Shown: positions 11,964 through 24,740 of the stretch, piece after piece
Position numbering within the stretch: position 1 is the first letter of the stretch
How the letters are laid out: each line of letters opens with the position of its first letter
Origin: Nemertoderma westbladi
Lineage: Eukaryota > Animalia > Xenacoelomorpha
Assembly (NCBI GenBank): GCA_032718475.1
Contig: JAUCBJ010007596.1
Span: 6,390 to 70,389 of the forward strand
Reading direction: 5' to 3'
DNA length: 64,000 bases
Position numbers and translations under genes: made by a program
Notes under the pieces: model-generated
The model's database searches: none
Told to the model about the DNA's origin: nothing
Seen by the model: the letters and a program-made list of their open reading frames with translations, nothing else

Positions 11964-13950
11964 CTAAATATGTATAGTGTATTGTTTTCCACTTATTAAA
12001 GTTTTTGTAACCGTATTAGTTCGTGGTGGATGATCTGTGTTCTGCGATACGGGTTGTATTATTTCTTCCCTTTCTCCTTCTCGACGTTGATGTGTCATTC
12101 CTTCTTGTAATCGACTTAATCTTGGTTGTCTATTTGTAGATGGAGGAAGTTGTAGACGTGTTCTTCTTTCTTCTTGATGTATCCACGGGGTGTTTCTTCT
12201 TCGTAGCTGATTTACGTTCCTTTTCAACTCGATATCTCCAATGCGAACTTTGTACACTCGTGATCCTTGGTGAGCTATAATTTTCCCCGGTAACCAATGT
12301 TCTACAACCTGACCTCTTCCTTGCTTTGCGTAATTCTTTACCCACACAGCTTCGCCCGTGTCGAATTTTCCTTTTGTTTCTGTGTGAGGATTGACCGGAT
12401 AGTTGATTAATCGTTGTAATCGGTTTTTAATCTGCGCTTTAAATATTGTCGCATTTGGTGTAAAACCTGTAGGTGAGTAAATGGAATTTCTATCTTGTAA
12501 TAGAAAGTCACTTATGCGATCGTACATTGGTTTATCATTTCCTTGTTTCTTGAGCGATTGTTTCATCGTTTGTACCATTCGTTCAGCTGCTCCATTTGAT
12601 GATGGTGAATATGGTGCTGACGTCCAATGTGTAATTCCATTGTTGGTAAAGAATGTTTCAATCTCATTTGAAACGAATTGAGGTCCATTATCCGTAAATA
12701 TAATTTCCGGTACTCCAATGAAAGATAGAATATTCTTCAATTGGGAAATTACTGCAGTGGATGTTGTAGTTTTAATTAATCGTATGTCTTTCCAACCTGA
12801 ATAAACATCAACTAATCCTAATAGCTGACATCCTTCCAATTCTGCTAAGTCTATGTGGACTCTTTGGAAAGGTTCAGTTGACTTTTGTAATGGCGTGTAC
12901 GTCTTTGATGGCGAATTGGCAAATTGCTGACAAGCAATGCATGGCTGTATGTAAAGTTTGATATCTTCTGCCATCCCTGGCCACCAACAAACTTCTGATA
13001 CTTGATGTATCATGCGTTTTTCACCAATATGAGCTGAATGAAGTTCATTTAGAATCTTCGTACGTAGTATTTCCGGAATAATAATACGCGTTCCATGTAT
13101 TATTATACCTTCATTAACTGCTAATTCATTTTCAATCGATTTGTAAAATCGTAATTGAGGTGTTCCTTTGATTCCATGAATACTTTCTCCACATTCAATA
13201 GCATTCTTTAGATGTCCTAAAGTACTATCAGTGTGTGTAGCTTCTCTGATATTTTGTTTACTTATAGGAAAGTCGTCAATAAGTTGTTTACGTTGTAAAT
13301 CTATACTATGCAAATCAATATCGTCATCGTAATATGTTGAAACTGATGGCGGTGTAAGACGTGATAACGAATCTGTGATGTTCTCGTTTGATCTTACTGT
13401 CTCAACTGTGTAATCGTAAGCGGCTAACTCAACTGCCCAATGTTGTAATCGTGATATCGTTGTAACTGGTAATGATTTCGAAGGTGATAATATCCGTTTC
13501 AAAGGAGCATTATCTGTAATTAATTTGAATTTTCTTCCGAGCAGATAGTGTTTGAATTTTCGTACACCAAATATTATTGCTAATCCTTCTCTATCTAACT
13601 GAGAATAAGCTTGTTGTCTTTTATCTAAGTTCTCAGATGCGAATGCAATCGGTTTAAATTCACCCTCCTCGTCTTTTTGTCCAAGTATTGCTGATACTGT
13701 ATATTCCGAAGCATCTGTTATAATTAATGGTATTCTATCTGGATTGTAATGGTGTAAAAGTGTTGCTTGCGCAATAGCTGTTTTAAGTAAGTTGTAACTT
13801 TCTGTAGCTTTCTCATTCCATGTAAATGTATTGCCTTGTAGTAATTTATACAATGGATGGGATAATTCAGCATATTTGGGGATGTATTTTCGTAAATAAT
13901 TCATTGTACCCATCACACTTTGTAATTCCTTTTTCGTGGAAGGTATTTGT
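11964..13950 (-). pseudogene. Gypsy pol 3' part: RT thumb, RNase H, integrase
   Basis: IITDASE, DREGLAIIFGVRKFKHYLLGRKFKLITDN, LHSAHIG...CIAC, HIDL...TDNGPQF...AERMV. It is in frame with 16176-18331 once the insertion is removed (junction restores E-L-Q-I-P). Confidence 0.92.
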
Positions 13951-16172
13951 GGGGCGAGACACGTATGGCGAGCCATCAGCGAACTGATATAATTATACTA
14001 TGGCCGTTTCTCAAAAGTCTGTGTGTGACGTGTGTGTGTGTGTGTGTGTGTCGGTAGCCATAAATGTCGGAAGCCATAATCGAAGTTAATATCTTCAGCT
14101 AAATTGTATGGTTGAATCGAATTATTTCGATTCTTCTATCGGTAATTAATTATTTAGGGGGGTAACATTTATCCCATCTGGTATAAAATTAACATGGGTA
14201 GATTCGCCGTGTCCCATTCTATCAAAGTCTTTACTTTATACTCGAGATTAATGTCAAGTTTTATAGTTATTTATTGATTTACAATTAAAATTGCATTTTT
14301 ATCAATTAATTCACACGCAGGCTCTAACCGCCTAATGACAGTCAATACGGAGTAATTCCTTCCCGTGTCTTAGCAACGCTGAGAATGTCCTGGCCTGTTA
14401 GAGGCAGACTGCTGCTGGTTGGGGATGGTAGGATAGCATTAATTCCCTATCCATTCACTCACTCTCCATAGAACTGGCTGACGGGGGGGGTGTGTGTGTG
14501 TTTAGGTATCAGTTATTCAATGACATTAATATTATTACTAATGAAGGAATAGTGCTCCTTCAATACATCTCAACAGACATCAATTCATTGCCTGTGCCTA
14601 CCAACGCGTGCTCCATAACATAACAACATATATCCTTGATTTCCATCACCTCTCACCACAATTATTATTAGTAATTAAAAGTTTCAATTCGGTTTGTCGT
14701 TCCGTTATCTGGTTATTCAGTTATTGCATTATTAATAAATAAATGTTTTAAAATATATCTTACGAAATATGGTTAATAAATTAAAACTTGTCGCTAACAT
14801 TCTTACTATGGGGGTTTTAAGGAGTGCTGATTACATTTCTGATGTCAGTTTTCACGTTTACATAAATCTAGTCTGTCTGTCTGTCGGTCATTCTGTCAGT
14901 CAGTCTGTCAAAACATAAAAGAGAATTAAAATTAACTAACATTCTCGCTATGGGGGTTTTAAGGGATGCTGATTTCATTTCTGATGTCAGTTTACACGTT
15001 TACATAAATCTAGTCTGTCTGTCTGTCGGTCTCTCTGTCAGTCTGAACTACTGTACTGTGGTTGGCATTACGCCATATACCTAACACTAATAATACAGTC
15101 TACAATACAGCCTATCTACAGTACAGAATGGATTTTTTGCCACGAAGAGCAATAAATGTCATTAATACTATCCACCAGTATACCTACTCCAAGAGCCTTC
15201 CAATAAAACATGTATTCCAGCATGACGTCCACTGCACGTCTTCGTGCTGTCCATTGTGACGTGCAGTGGACGTCATAGGCTCTAAGGGGTTAAGCAACAC
15301 GGTCCCTACTTCGCCCTGTCGACACCCCAGCCATTTTTCACCAATCCTTTTTTAGAGTTTTTTAATTTTTTTGGTATTGGTGAAAGTTCTACAACATTAG
15401 TAGATATGTTTTTTATGATAGCTAGTGATTTTTTGCTAGCTAGTATTTTTTGAAATTATAAAAAATGTGAAAGTCCATGATATTTCAGGTTAAACTGTTG
15501 AAGAATATATTAATGACCAAAATAATTTCCAAAAATTACTAGCCAGTAAAAAATACTAGCTATATACCATTAAAAATCTACTAAGGTTCTAGAATATTCA
15601 CTAGTATAAAAAAAGCACTCAAAATCACAAAAAATAAAGGTTAAAAAACTCATTCGGGACCCTTTTGCTTAAGGAGTCAAAATTGTAGAAAAAATTCCCG
15701 AAGTTTGCGACGTTTGCGAAATTCGCGAAGAATCCGTCAGTTTCTGTGCCCTAATGGTTTCGTGACGAAACAATCAAATCTTACACACTTAACAAACGCG
15801 AACTAATTAAATGTGTGTATTAGTATGCATGAATCATTAAATAGAAATTAAATTAATGAACGCTATTTCAACATGAAATCTACGGAATCAATACACAACA
15901 CACCCACACTACTGAATTTAAAAATTTATATAGATTGCAACTTATATTTGGCTACCTTTTAGGCCTAAATGGGTGACTAATTTAATTATTCACCCATATA
16001 TATTTGTAGCCTTTTTAATTTGTGCCTCTAATTGAATCAAACATTAAACTAAAATATATGTCACAATATTGGTCTGTCGGTAGCTGGTCAATGAATCTCT
16101 CATAAATTTGTTAATTAGTCGCTGCTCAGTCATTGAACATTTGAACACGTGCTGCTCGAAGACCCCACAACG
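13951..16172 (+). mobile_element. Non-autonomous element (Helentron/DINE-like architecture) inserted at TGT inside the gypsy RT
   Basis: It starts (TGT)GGGGCGAGACACG, carries a (TG)n microsatellite about 80 bp in, and ends GTGCTGCTCGAAGACCCCACAACG(TGT). Removing it with one TGT restores the gypsy reading frame. Confidence 0.85.
15290..15673. mobile_element. TTAA-flanked MITE with long imperfect TIRs, next to a piggyBac-like end
   Basis: TTAAGCAACACGGTCCC ... GGGACCCTTTTGCTTAA, with internal arms that are imperfect reverse complements. It follows ...GGCTCTAAGGGGTTAA and the inverted pair GACGTCCACTGCACGTC / GACGTGCAGTGGACGTC. Confidence 0.6.
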
Positions 16173-16175
16173 TGT

Positions 16176-18331
16176 AACTCTTGTATTGCTGTCACTTTTC
16201 TTGGATCAGCCGTAAATCCCTTGTCATTTATTATGTGGCCACAGAATTCTATTTCTGTTTGCAGGAATTGACATTTCTTGAGGCCTAAGGTTATCCCTGC
16301 TTGTTTGCATGCCTCAAAAACAGACTGTAATGTCTCGAAATGTTCCTGTATATTCGGTGATCCTATCAGAATTTCATCAACATATGTTACTGATTTAGTT
16401 TCATGTAATACCCGGTTAACAACCTTTAAACATTTCGAAGCAGCAGGGGTGATCCCAAAGGGTAGTCTGGTTGGTTTCAATAAACCCAATGGTGTAGCTA
16501 ATGTTAGTAACGTTTGACTGTTTTTATCTATGGGAAGCTGATTATATGCGGCTGCCATATCCAATTTTGAAAATATTTTGTTGCCTTGGAATTTCATAGA
16601 TAACTCTTCAGTGGTCATGAGTGGAAATTGGTCTTCTATGAGGTAAGGATTAACTGTACTCTTGTAATCCCCACATATTCTCACTGAACCGTCTGGCTTT
16701 GGAGTTACCACCAAGGGTGTTGCCCATTCTATATTTTCGTTTAACTCAGGTGGAACTAATCTATGCTCTGCTATGTCGTGCTTTAACTGAGCAATGACCT
16801 TTTCCTTGAATGCCTGCGGTACCGTTCTGGCCTGTAAAAATTTTGGTTTCGTATTCTCATCTTTTAAACGAATGCAGGTTTCTTGCCCTTTGTAACAGCC
16901 AATGCCTGTAAGAACGTCCCGATATTCTTCCAGTAAACTTTGTAGTCGTTTGTCGTAACCCTCAGAATTTATCACTTGGTGTACCTTAGTAATATCCTGT
17001 TCTATCATGTCATCTATGCTGTAACCCATTAATTTCATTCGTTTGATCCAATACAAACCGAATAGTGGTATGTGTTCACAATTTTCAGCAACAATAAGTG
17101 GCATTGCGATCAATTCTGGCGCATTCTCTATTTTCACTGTAACATAAATTACGCCTCGTATTTCCGCAATCCCTTTGCAAAATCCTCGTAATTTTGATGT
17201 ACATTCATGTAATTGTTCATTGCTGAATTTGTTTTTGTATATTTCGTATGATATGACACTGTGTTTTGCCCCTGGATCATATTCCATTGTAAGAGGTATT
17301 TCATTAATTCGTGTTTGTAACACGATCGAATCCACTTTTGGAAGCTGTACTTTATCTATGGTATGTGGATCGCTTATTTCCGTACTTTGCAAATATATGT
17401 TATCGTTGTTTCCTTCATTGTTATCTCCCATAACATTCTCAATGTCTACAGCATGGGATGTAGGTTTTTTGTCCTGAAAGCGAACACTTTTAGTCTTTTG
17501 TTTTTTAATGCACGCTTTTTCTACATGACCTTTTATGTTGCAAAATGAGCAAACAATGTTAGGATTTAGTCGACAATGGTTTGATTTGTGTCCTTGTTTC
17601 CCACACCGATAACATGTTATAGAATATTGATTGTAATTTTCTGTAGATTTGTAAGGTTTATATGAAGGAGATCTTACCTTTGTATGGCGATATTTATCTT
17701 TCGGAAATCCTGAACTTTGTGTAGTGACGCGAAACGTGTCAAATTCTGGTTCCCTACCTGATTGTGCCACTTTATATGCCTCTTCATAATTTTTTGCTGT
17801 AATCAAAGCTTCTGAAAATGAAATGTCTTTCGCGTGTATTAGTTCTGCTGCAACATGTTCGTCTCGTACCCCAGTAATTAGTTGTTCTCGTAAACGGTCA
17901 TCTAATGCTTCTTGAAATTCGCAATTTCTTGAAATATTTCTTAGACGTTTGGCGAAATCCGTGATGTTTTCTCCCGATGTCTGAGTCGCTTGTATGAATC
18001 GTTTTCTTTCGACTTCTTTTGATTTACCTTTTCTGAAATATTTTGTAAGTGATTTTTCTAAATTTTCGAATGGTTCTTTAGAAATGTCTGCTGGAAACAT
18101 CAAATCAGATAGTAAATCTAAAGTTTGTAAACCACAATTGGCGATGAACATGTTTGTTTCAGCCTGTAATATTTCGTTCGGTTCCATTAAATTTCCATCG
18201 GTTCTTCTCCATGTAGTTGTACGTAGAATTGTATTGAACATTAATAGATAAGTGTCCCATCTATCTGAATCTGGATTAAATGCCTTGCAAATGTTTGTAA
18301 ATTTAGTTCCCATTGCAGGTGCGTTTGCCAT
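16176..18331 (-). pseudogene. Gypsy gag-protease-RT 5' part
   Basis: Two CCHC knuckles (CYRCGKQGHKSNHC, CSFCNIKGHVEKAC), protease EYDPGA, and RT motifs WATPLV, RICGDY, FSKLD, LPFG and YVDE (YxDD mutated). Confidence 0.92.
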
Positions 18332-18581
18332 TCTCGTAAGTTTGTACCGTAATTTGAGTTTGAGTTACACAATCACAATTAATTATCAAAGTTAATTTGA
18401 TTTGTAAGATTTCAAATTGTAATTTGAAATTAAATTATGTAATTAATATATGTAAAATGTGAATGTGAATCTGTACTCGCAGCGCCAATGTTGGATGGAA
18501 AGGTGTAAAGGTTCTGACAAACTGTGGGGCGAGCCACGAAGTGAGTGAGCCTTAGCGTAGGGGTACCATTAATCAACCTGT

Positions 18582-20186
18582 GGGGCGAGCCACGAAGTGA
18601 GTGAGCCTTAGCGTAGGGGTACCATTAATCAACCTGTCGTTCTGTCGTTCTGTCGCGTTTTTTTTCAGTATTTTATTTTAAACGTTAATAACTCGGCCAA
18701 TCCTTGATGAAATCTATCCAAACTTGGTACACATGTTGTTTGGCAAAAGTTTGAAAATTTTCCAAGTAGAATTTGCCTGGGGCCTTCGTGCAGCATCAGT
18801 GTAACTGTTATTGCAGTTATAATAAATTTATTTATCCAAATTTAAAATGCGTTAAATTATTATTACTGTAGGATAAATCAGCTGGGTTTCTGACAAATTT
18901 TGCAATACATACATTTCCAATCTGCATGTACCATGTGTACCGGTACTGCCAGGCTGTACTCAATCCCTGAATCGAGAATCCTGCAATCAGTCAATACTGC
19001 AATACTGGTCAGCCGGTACCATACACTGCAGACATGCCATATCATGTAATCTAATTAAACATGGCCCCCGGCAACCCTTGCGGTGATTATAGTTTAGGCC
19101 TAATTAGCCCAGTACCGGCACCGGTAATAATAATATAATAGTTTAGATAGTTACCGCTAATCATTCAGTCATTGCTGCATTGGCACGGTACACTGTATTG
19201 CTGTACCGCCGTTGTAGTGCGCACCGTAGGTACCACCCTACTACCGGCACCGGCGACCGTTGGCAACTAGCACTTCAGCACTTTCACAGCAACAGCACTA
19301 CCGGCGATATACAGGTTGGAATTTATGTAGAGTTTGCTCAACAGTACAGATATAAAATAGTTATCTAAATTATATATATTACTATTGACAAGTATTGAAA
19401 TATATACCGTTATTCGTGTTATCAGTATTTGCAACATCTGACATTGAAGAGGTGAGAGAAGATGAATACCGGCACTCAACAAAACCAACGCTTATCACAG
19501 GTCGGTATGGTTACCTCGAAACCGGCGCGACTGTCCACTCGAATACAACTTCAAAACACAAACGCCAACAATAAACTGAAAGCGAATCGAACGTCTTCAG
19601 AAGAATCTGTCATTGGGACGAAGAAAAGGAAGCCGAAACCACGGGAATGGACCACAGCTAAGATTGAATGCTCCCATTGTCAGAGTTCTTGGACCGAAAT
19701 TGAAACACCAATTGCCGATGGGCTTGATCTCTCAAACCAAAACTTCCTCTGCGGGGTTTGCGCGGCAGTAAAGATTGAAAGTCTGGAAGCTGGCATCCCT
19801 AGGTATTATTATTATAAAGAGCGTCAGCCTGCGTTTAATAAATATATTTTAATACAAAACAGGTCGAACGCAATGAGGCTTATAATGAAGACGAGTACTG
19901 CATTGATTATATTCCTATAAACCACCTGGCTTTGCATATTGAACGTGCGTTTGGAAATAAGTTCGTGCTACCCTTCCGTGGGTGGTAGATGTCGCGGTTA
20001 TGTATTGGGGGGATGGGGGGGGGGGGGGGGGTGCAGATTAAAAGGGGTGAACACGTACTGTCCCCCTTTCTTTGATTAATTGGTGGTGTGGGTTAATCTC
20101 TCATAACCTGATTTTGGGATACAGTCGCACAATTTTAATTTATATCTCATAACTGGGCCTCGTGCTGCGCGAAGGCCCCACCAATG
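18582..20186 (+). mobile_element. Inner, about 1.6 kb full copy of the same element, inserted at AACC-TGT-CGTT of the outer copy
   Basis: The 56 bp 5' end is repeated at 18523 and 18579. After the inner 3' end the sequence resumes TGTCGTTCTGTCG, exactly where the outer copy was cut. Confidence 0.9.
19462..19920 (+). other. 152 aa ORF cargo (duplicated at 21018-21476) with a basic stretch and two CxxC pairs; possibly a captured LINE ORF1/PHD-like fragment
   Basis: KKRKPKPR, IECSHCQ and FLCGVC. The C-terminus runs into AT-rich, non-coding-looking sequence. Confidence 0.35.
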
Positions 20187-23100
20187 TGTCGTTCTGTCGT
20201 TCTGTCGCGTTTTTTTTCAGTATTTTATTTTAAACGTTAATAACTCGGCCAATCCTTGATGAAATCTATCCAAACTTGGTACACATGTTGTTTGGCAAAA
20301 GTTTGCAAATTTTCCAAGTAGAATTTGCGTGGGGCCTTCGTGCAGCATCAGTGTAACTGTTATTGCAGTTATAATAAATTTATTTATCCAAATTTAAAAT
20401 GCGTTAAATTATTATTACTGTAGGATAAATCAGCTGGGTTTCTGACAAATTTTGCAATACGTTGGGGCTGTCTGCATGTACCATGTGTACCGGTACTGTC
20501 AGGCTGTACTCAATCCCTGAATCGAGAATCCTGCAATCAGTCAATACTGCAATACTGGTCAGCCGGTACCATACACTGCAGACATGCCATATCATGTAAT
20601 CTAATTAAACATGGCCCTGGCCTGGCAACCCTTGCGGTGATTATAGTTTAGGCCTAATAGCCCAGTACCGGCACCGGTAATAATAATATAATAGTTTAGA
20701 TAGTTACCGCTAATCATTCAGTCATTGGCACGGTACACCGTATTGCTGTACTGCCGTTGTAGTGCGCACCGTAGGTACCACCCTACTACCGGTACCGGCT
20801 GACCGGTGGCAACTAGCACTTCAGCACACTTGCACAGCACTGCAGCAACAGCACTACCGGCGATACACAGGTTGGAATTTATGTAGAGTTTGCTCAACAG
20901 TACAGATATAAAATAGTTATCTAAATTATATATATTACTATTGACAAGTATTGAAATATATACCGTTATTCGTGTTATCAGTATTTGCAACATCTGACAT
21001 TGAAGAGGTGAGAGAAGATGAATACCGGCACTCAACAAAACCAACGCTTATCACAGGTCGGTATGGTTACCTCGAAACCGGCGCGACTGTCCACTCGAAT
21101 ACAACTTCAAAACACAAACGCCAACAATAAACTGAAAGCGAATCGAACGTCTTCAGAAGAATCTGTCATTGGGACGAAGAAAAGGAAGCCGAAACCACGG
21201 GAATGGACCACAGCTAAGATTGAATGCTCCCATTGTCAGAGTTCCTGGACCGAAATTGAAACACCAATTGCCGATGGGCTTGATCTCTCAAACCAAAACT
21301 TCCTCTGCGGGGTTTGCGTGGCAGTAAAGATTGAAAGTCTGGAAGCTGGCATCCCTAGGTATTATTATTATAAAGAGCGTCAGCCTGCGTTTAATAAATA
21401 TATTTTAATACAAAACAGGTCGAACGCAAAGAGGCTTATAATGAAGACGAGTACTGCATTGATTATATTCCTATAAACCACCTGGCTTTGCATATTGAAC
21501 GTGCGTTTGGAAATAAGTTCGTGCTACCCTTCCGTGGGTGGTAGATGTCGCGGTTATGTATTGGTGGGTGGGGGGAGGGGGGGGGGGGTGCAGATTAAAA
21601 GGGGTGAACACGTACTGTCCCCCTTTCTTTGATTAATTGGTGGTGTGGGTTAATCTCTCATAACCTGATTTTGTGATACAGTCGCACAATTTTAATTTGT
21701 ATCTCATAACTGGGCCTCGTGCTGCGCGAAGGCCCCACGAACGTGTTTTATTATCTTCTCTCTAGTGGTATATAAATGAAACTGTAAGTGAGATTACTAG
21801 ATATATTTACATGCGCCATCCTGCGGTTGATATTAGTATTTGTATTAGTCTAACAGAAGTACTGTTATGTGATGACAGTACTACCAACAACGGCTTATTG
21901 ATTAAGAGGTGGTTTAGCGATTTGGCGCCAACTCTCAAAAAATTACCGTAGTAACTGCTTTACAGGTAAACAAGTTCATTTATACAACAGCCTAACTTGA
22001 TATCTTGATCTATCTATCTTGATATACACAGTATAACAACACAAATATATCATTCCGACAGTTATTCCTCCCAATATAATATTCAATGGTCTGTTTATTG
22101 GCTTAAAGGTTTATAGGCTTCCTGATTAACTTATTACGACAAATTAAACATAAAAATATTGGATAAATTTTAAATAAACATCAAAATAATGGATAGTACT
22201 CTACACGACGAATCTGGACCGAACTGGATCGAAAGTGTGGCGAACTGGATGGAACTGGACCGCCAAATGAAAGATAATCTGAAAACAACCATCCTATGCA
22301 GACAAGTGAAAATAAATATTGAATTATTGTGGTCGTTTCATTCGTTCCATTGTAAATTTAGTTGCTTTTAAGATGTCGCTAAATTAAGATTACTTGCTTC
22401 ACATAAAACGCTGCTGTGCTGCTTTTACCAGTAGGCCAACCGGTAGCACGTACCTGCGTTTATAGATTGCAGTATTTTGGTACGTACTACTGTACTAAAA
22501 GGTAAAACGATCTATAACGGGCTAGAACGATCTATAACGGGCTATAACTTCCTATAACAGGCTATAACCACCTATTACGAACTATAATATGAAAATTTAC
22601 ATAAAAAAACGCCACTTGGATGTGTTTAACTTTTGGATTACACGGTGGTCTGAAAAATACCGCAGGTTAAAAATTAGGGTAGGCCTATGCCTGATGCTGG
22701 TCAGTTTTTATTGGCCTATCTTCCTATATTGCTCGCTATATTCTATATCAACCACAACAACACAAAGACTATACTGCTATATCAACGTACTACTATTTTA
22801 CTTACCCCTTCCGCGTCTGCGTCTGGTACCATATAAGGCTTCTTATCGAACACACTAGAAACACTGACATATTTTGAAATTGATCGCCGTTATATCTCTA
22901 CCGGTAAGATTTCCCATTCTCTTGGTTATATTTGAGATGTTCCTATAGTGCAGTGACGAGTCGGGAGAAACCCGGATGAGAGGAGAACGACAAGCAAACC
23001 AGGTCAGCCTTACGTAGGTGATGATGCGCGAATAAACCTTGGGACGTGACCCCCACTACAACCGATGGGAAACAGTCAAGTCGAGCAGTCCATCCAAACA

Positions 23101-24514
23101 ACGACGCGTATAGAGAGACAATAAACTCATACGAGGAGGAAGCGCTGGTGTTTAAAATGCATAGTTGAAATAATGTAATGTAGACTAAGTGTAAATAAAT
23201 TTGCGTTTCCAGCTATGATTTATTATAGTATTATTATTATACATTATTAATATTATTATTGTTAATATTATTGTTAATTTTTGCATATAGCTGAAGTTTT
23301 TTTTTTATTGTTTAGCACCAGTGATTATTTATTATTATCAACAATATATTATTATCATATTAATATTAGTATTACATTAAACCAATTATAATAATAGAGG
23401 TCTCCTTGAGTTTGTTGATAGCAGCAGGTTTACCTTCGGCTGTTGTCCCATTGTTTATACTGTTGGTTGCCGTTTCGAACTCGATTGGTTTCGGCGCTTT
23501 TGGTTTTGCTCCTTTCAGCGTCCAACGAAAGAACTCCGGGGCCTCTGAAAAGGCGCTAAGCACGCTCAGAGAGGTCGTGGCCTCTGAGCCCCGACCTATA
23601 TATTTTATAGCTAAAGTTACAACAGCTAAATAAAATTATATTTTTGTATAATTGTAAATATATGTCAGAATGTTCTATTTTGTTATTTTCTCAAAATGTA
23701 TCTCGTATAAACTGGAACTAGGAGACATATCCCCGTTAAGCAGAACGTCCATTTCAATGAGAATGACAGACAAATTAACCCACAGTAGCATAATAACCTC
23801 GGCTTACAGCCACCGTAATTATACAGGTTAATTTACTTCTGGAACGGCATCTGTGATTATTCAGTATTCACATTACTCAGTATTCGCTTCAGGTATTATT
23901 TCCGTATATTAACTCTAGAATATGACAATATTGTTTGTATCCCTATGCTTTATACAGTGAGTGGGAATGTAATAAAGTTTAAAAATATCACCAGTAAAAG
24001 GTGTCGGGTTATTTATGTTCTGGAACATACTGTACTGTCGACTACATATTAAATTTTCATGGTAGCTAGTGATATAAACATTTATGTGAGGGAGCTGCTT
24101 CTTGGGATCCAAAGGCCAAATGTGAAACAAATTTTTAAAATGTTATTACACTCATCTTTTACTATTAAACATAATAAAAACAACCATTAAAATGTACCAA
24201 AACAATCAACGCCAATACAATTAAAACTTCAAGCACGAATTAAAGCAGGAACAATCAAATTTAAATTATTTCATAATTAATTAATTAACACAATAAATTC
24301 AATATAAATTCATTCCCACAGGGCGCAGGCTTCTGACCAAATTTGACAACAAATTGGAATTGGCCTCCCAATTTCGCGTCGCAGAGAATGTAGGTAGTCC
24401 GTACCAAACCCCAAGGCGATCCGGTCCGCCGCTAAACCCAGATCGCATTCCTCGTCGTCGTCGACGTATGTCTAACTCTTCCCGCCGCTCCAATTGTTAT
24501 TCAAAAGTGAAAGG

Positions 24515-24709
24515 AAGGTCAAGACAAACCCAAAAATAGTATTTTTAAAATATTCTGACATTTGGTTTTCGATATATCGGCATTTTTCATTTTTTTGAAA
24601 TAATACTGGTGGCAATTTTCAAAATTATGTGCCGGACAAAATTAAATCATGTCAAATTGTTATTCAAAATTGAAAGTTTCATCATAATACAATAATTAAA
24701 TACAATCTA

Positions 24710-24740
<31 letters not shown>

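Larger units (their letters stand above)
18526..21743 (+). mobile_element. TGT-flanked non-autonomous element in the gypsy 5' LTR, containing a second copy of itself
   Basis: The LTR sequence AAAC-TGT-TTTATT is split, with TGT on both sides. The outer copy is 18526-18581 plus 20190-21743 and ends GGGCCTCGTGCTGCGCGAAGGCCCCACGAACG. Confidence 0.9.
11716..21855 (-). mobile_element. Ty3/gypsy LTR retrotransposon (Mag-like), interrupted by three nested insertions
   Basis: 146 bp LTRs, TG..CA: 11716-11861, and 18489-18525 joined to 21747-21855. 5 bp TSD GAAGT (11711-11715, 21856-21860). PBS TGGCGCTGCGAG (tRNA-Ser-like) and PPT GCGAGGGGG on the minus strand. Confidence 0.95.
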
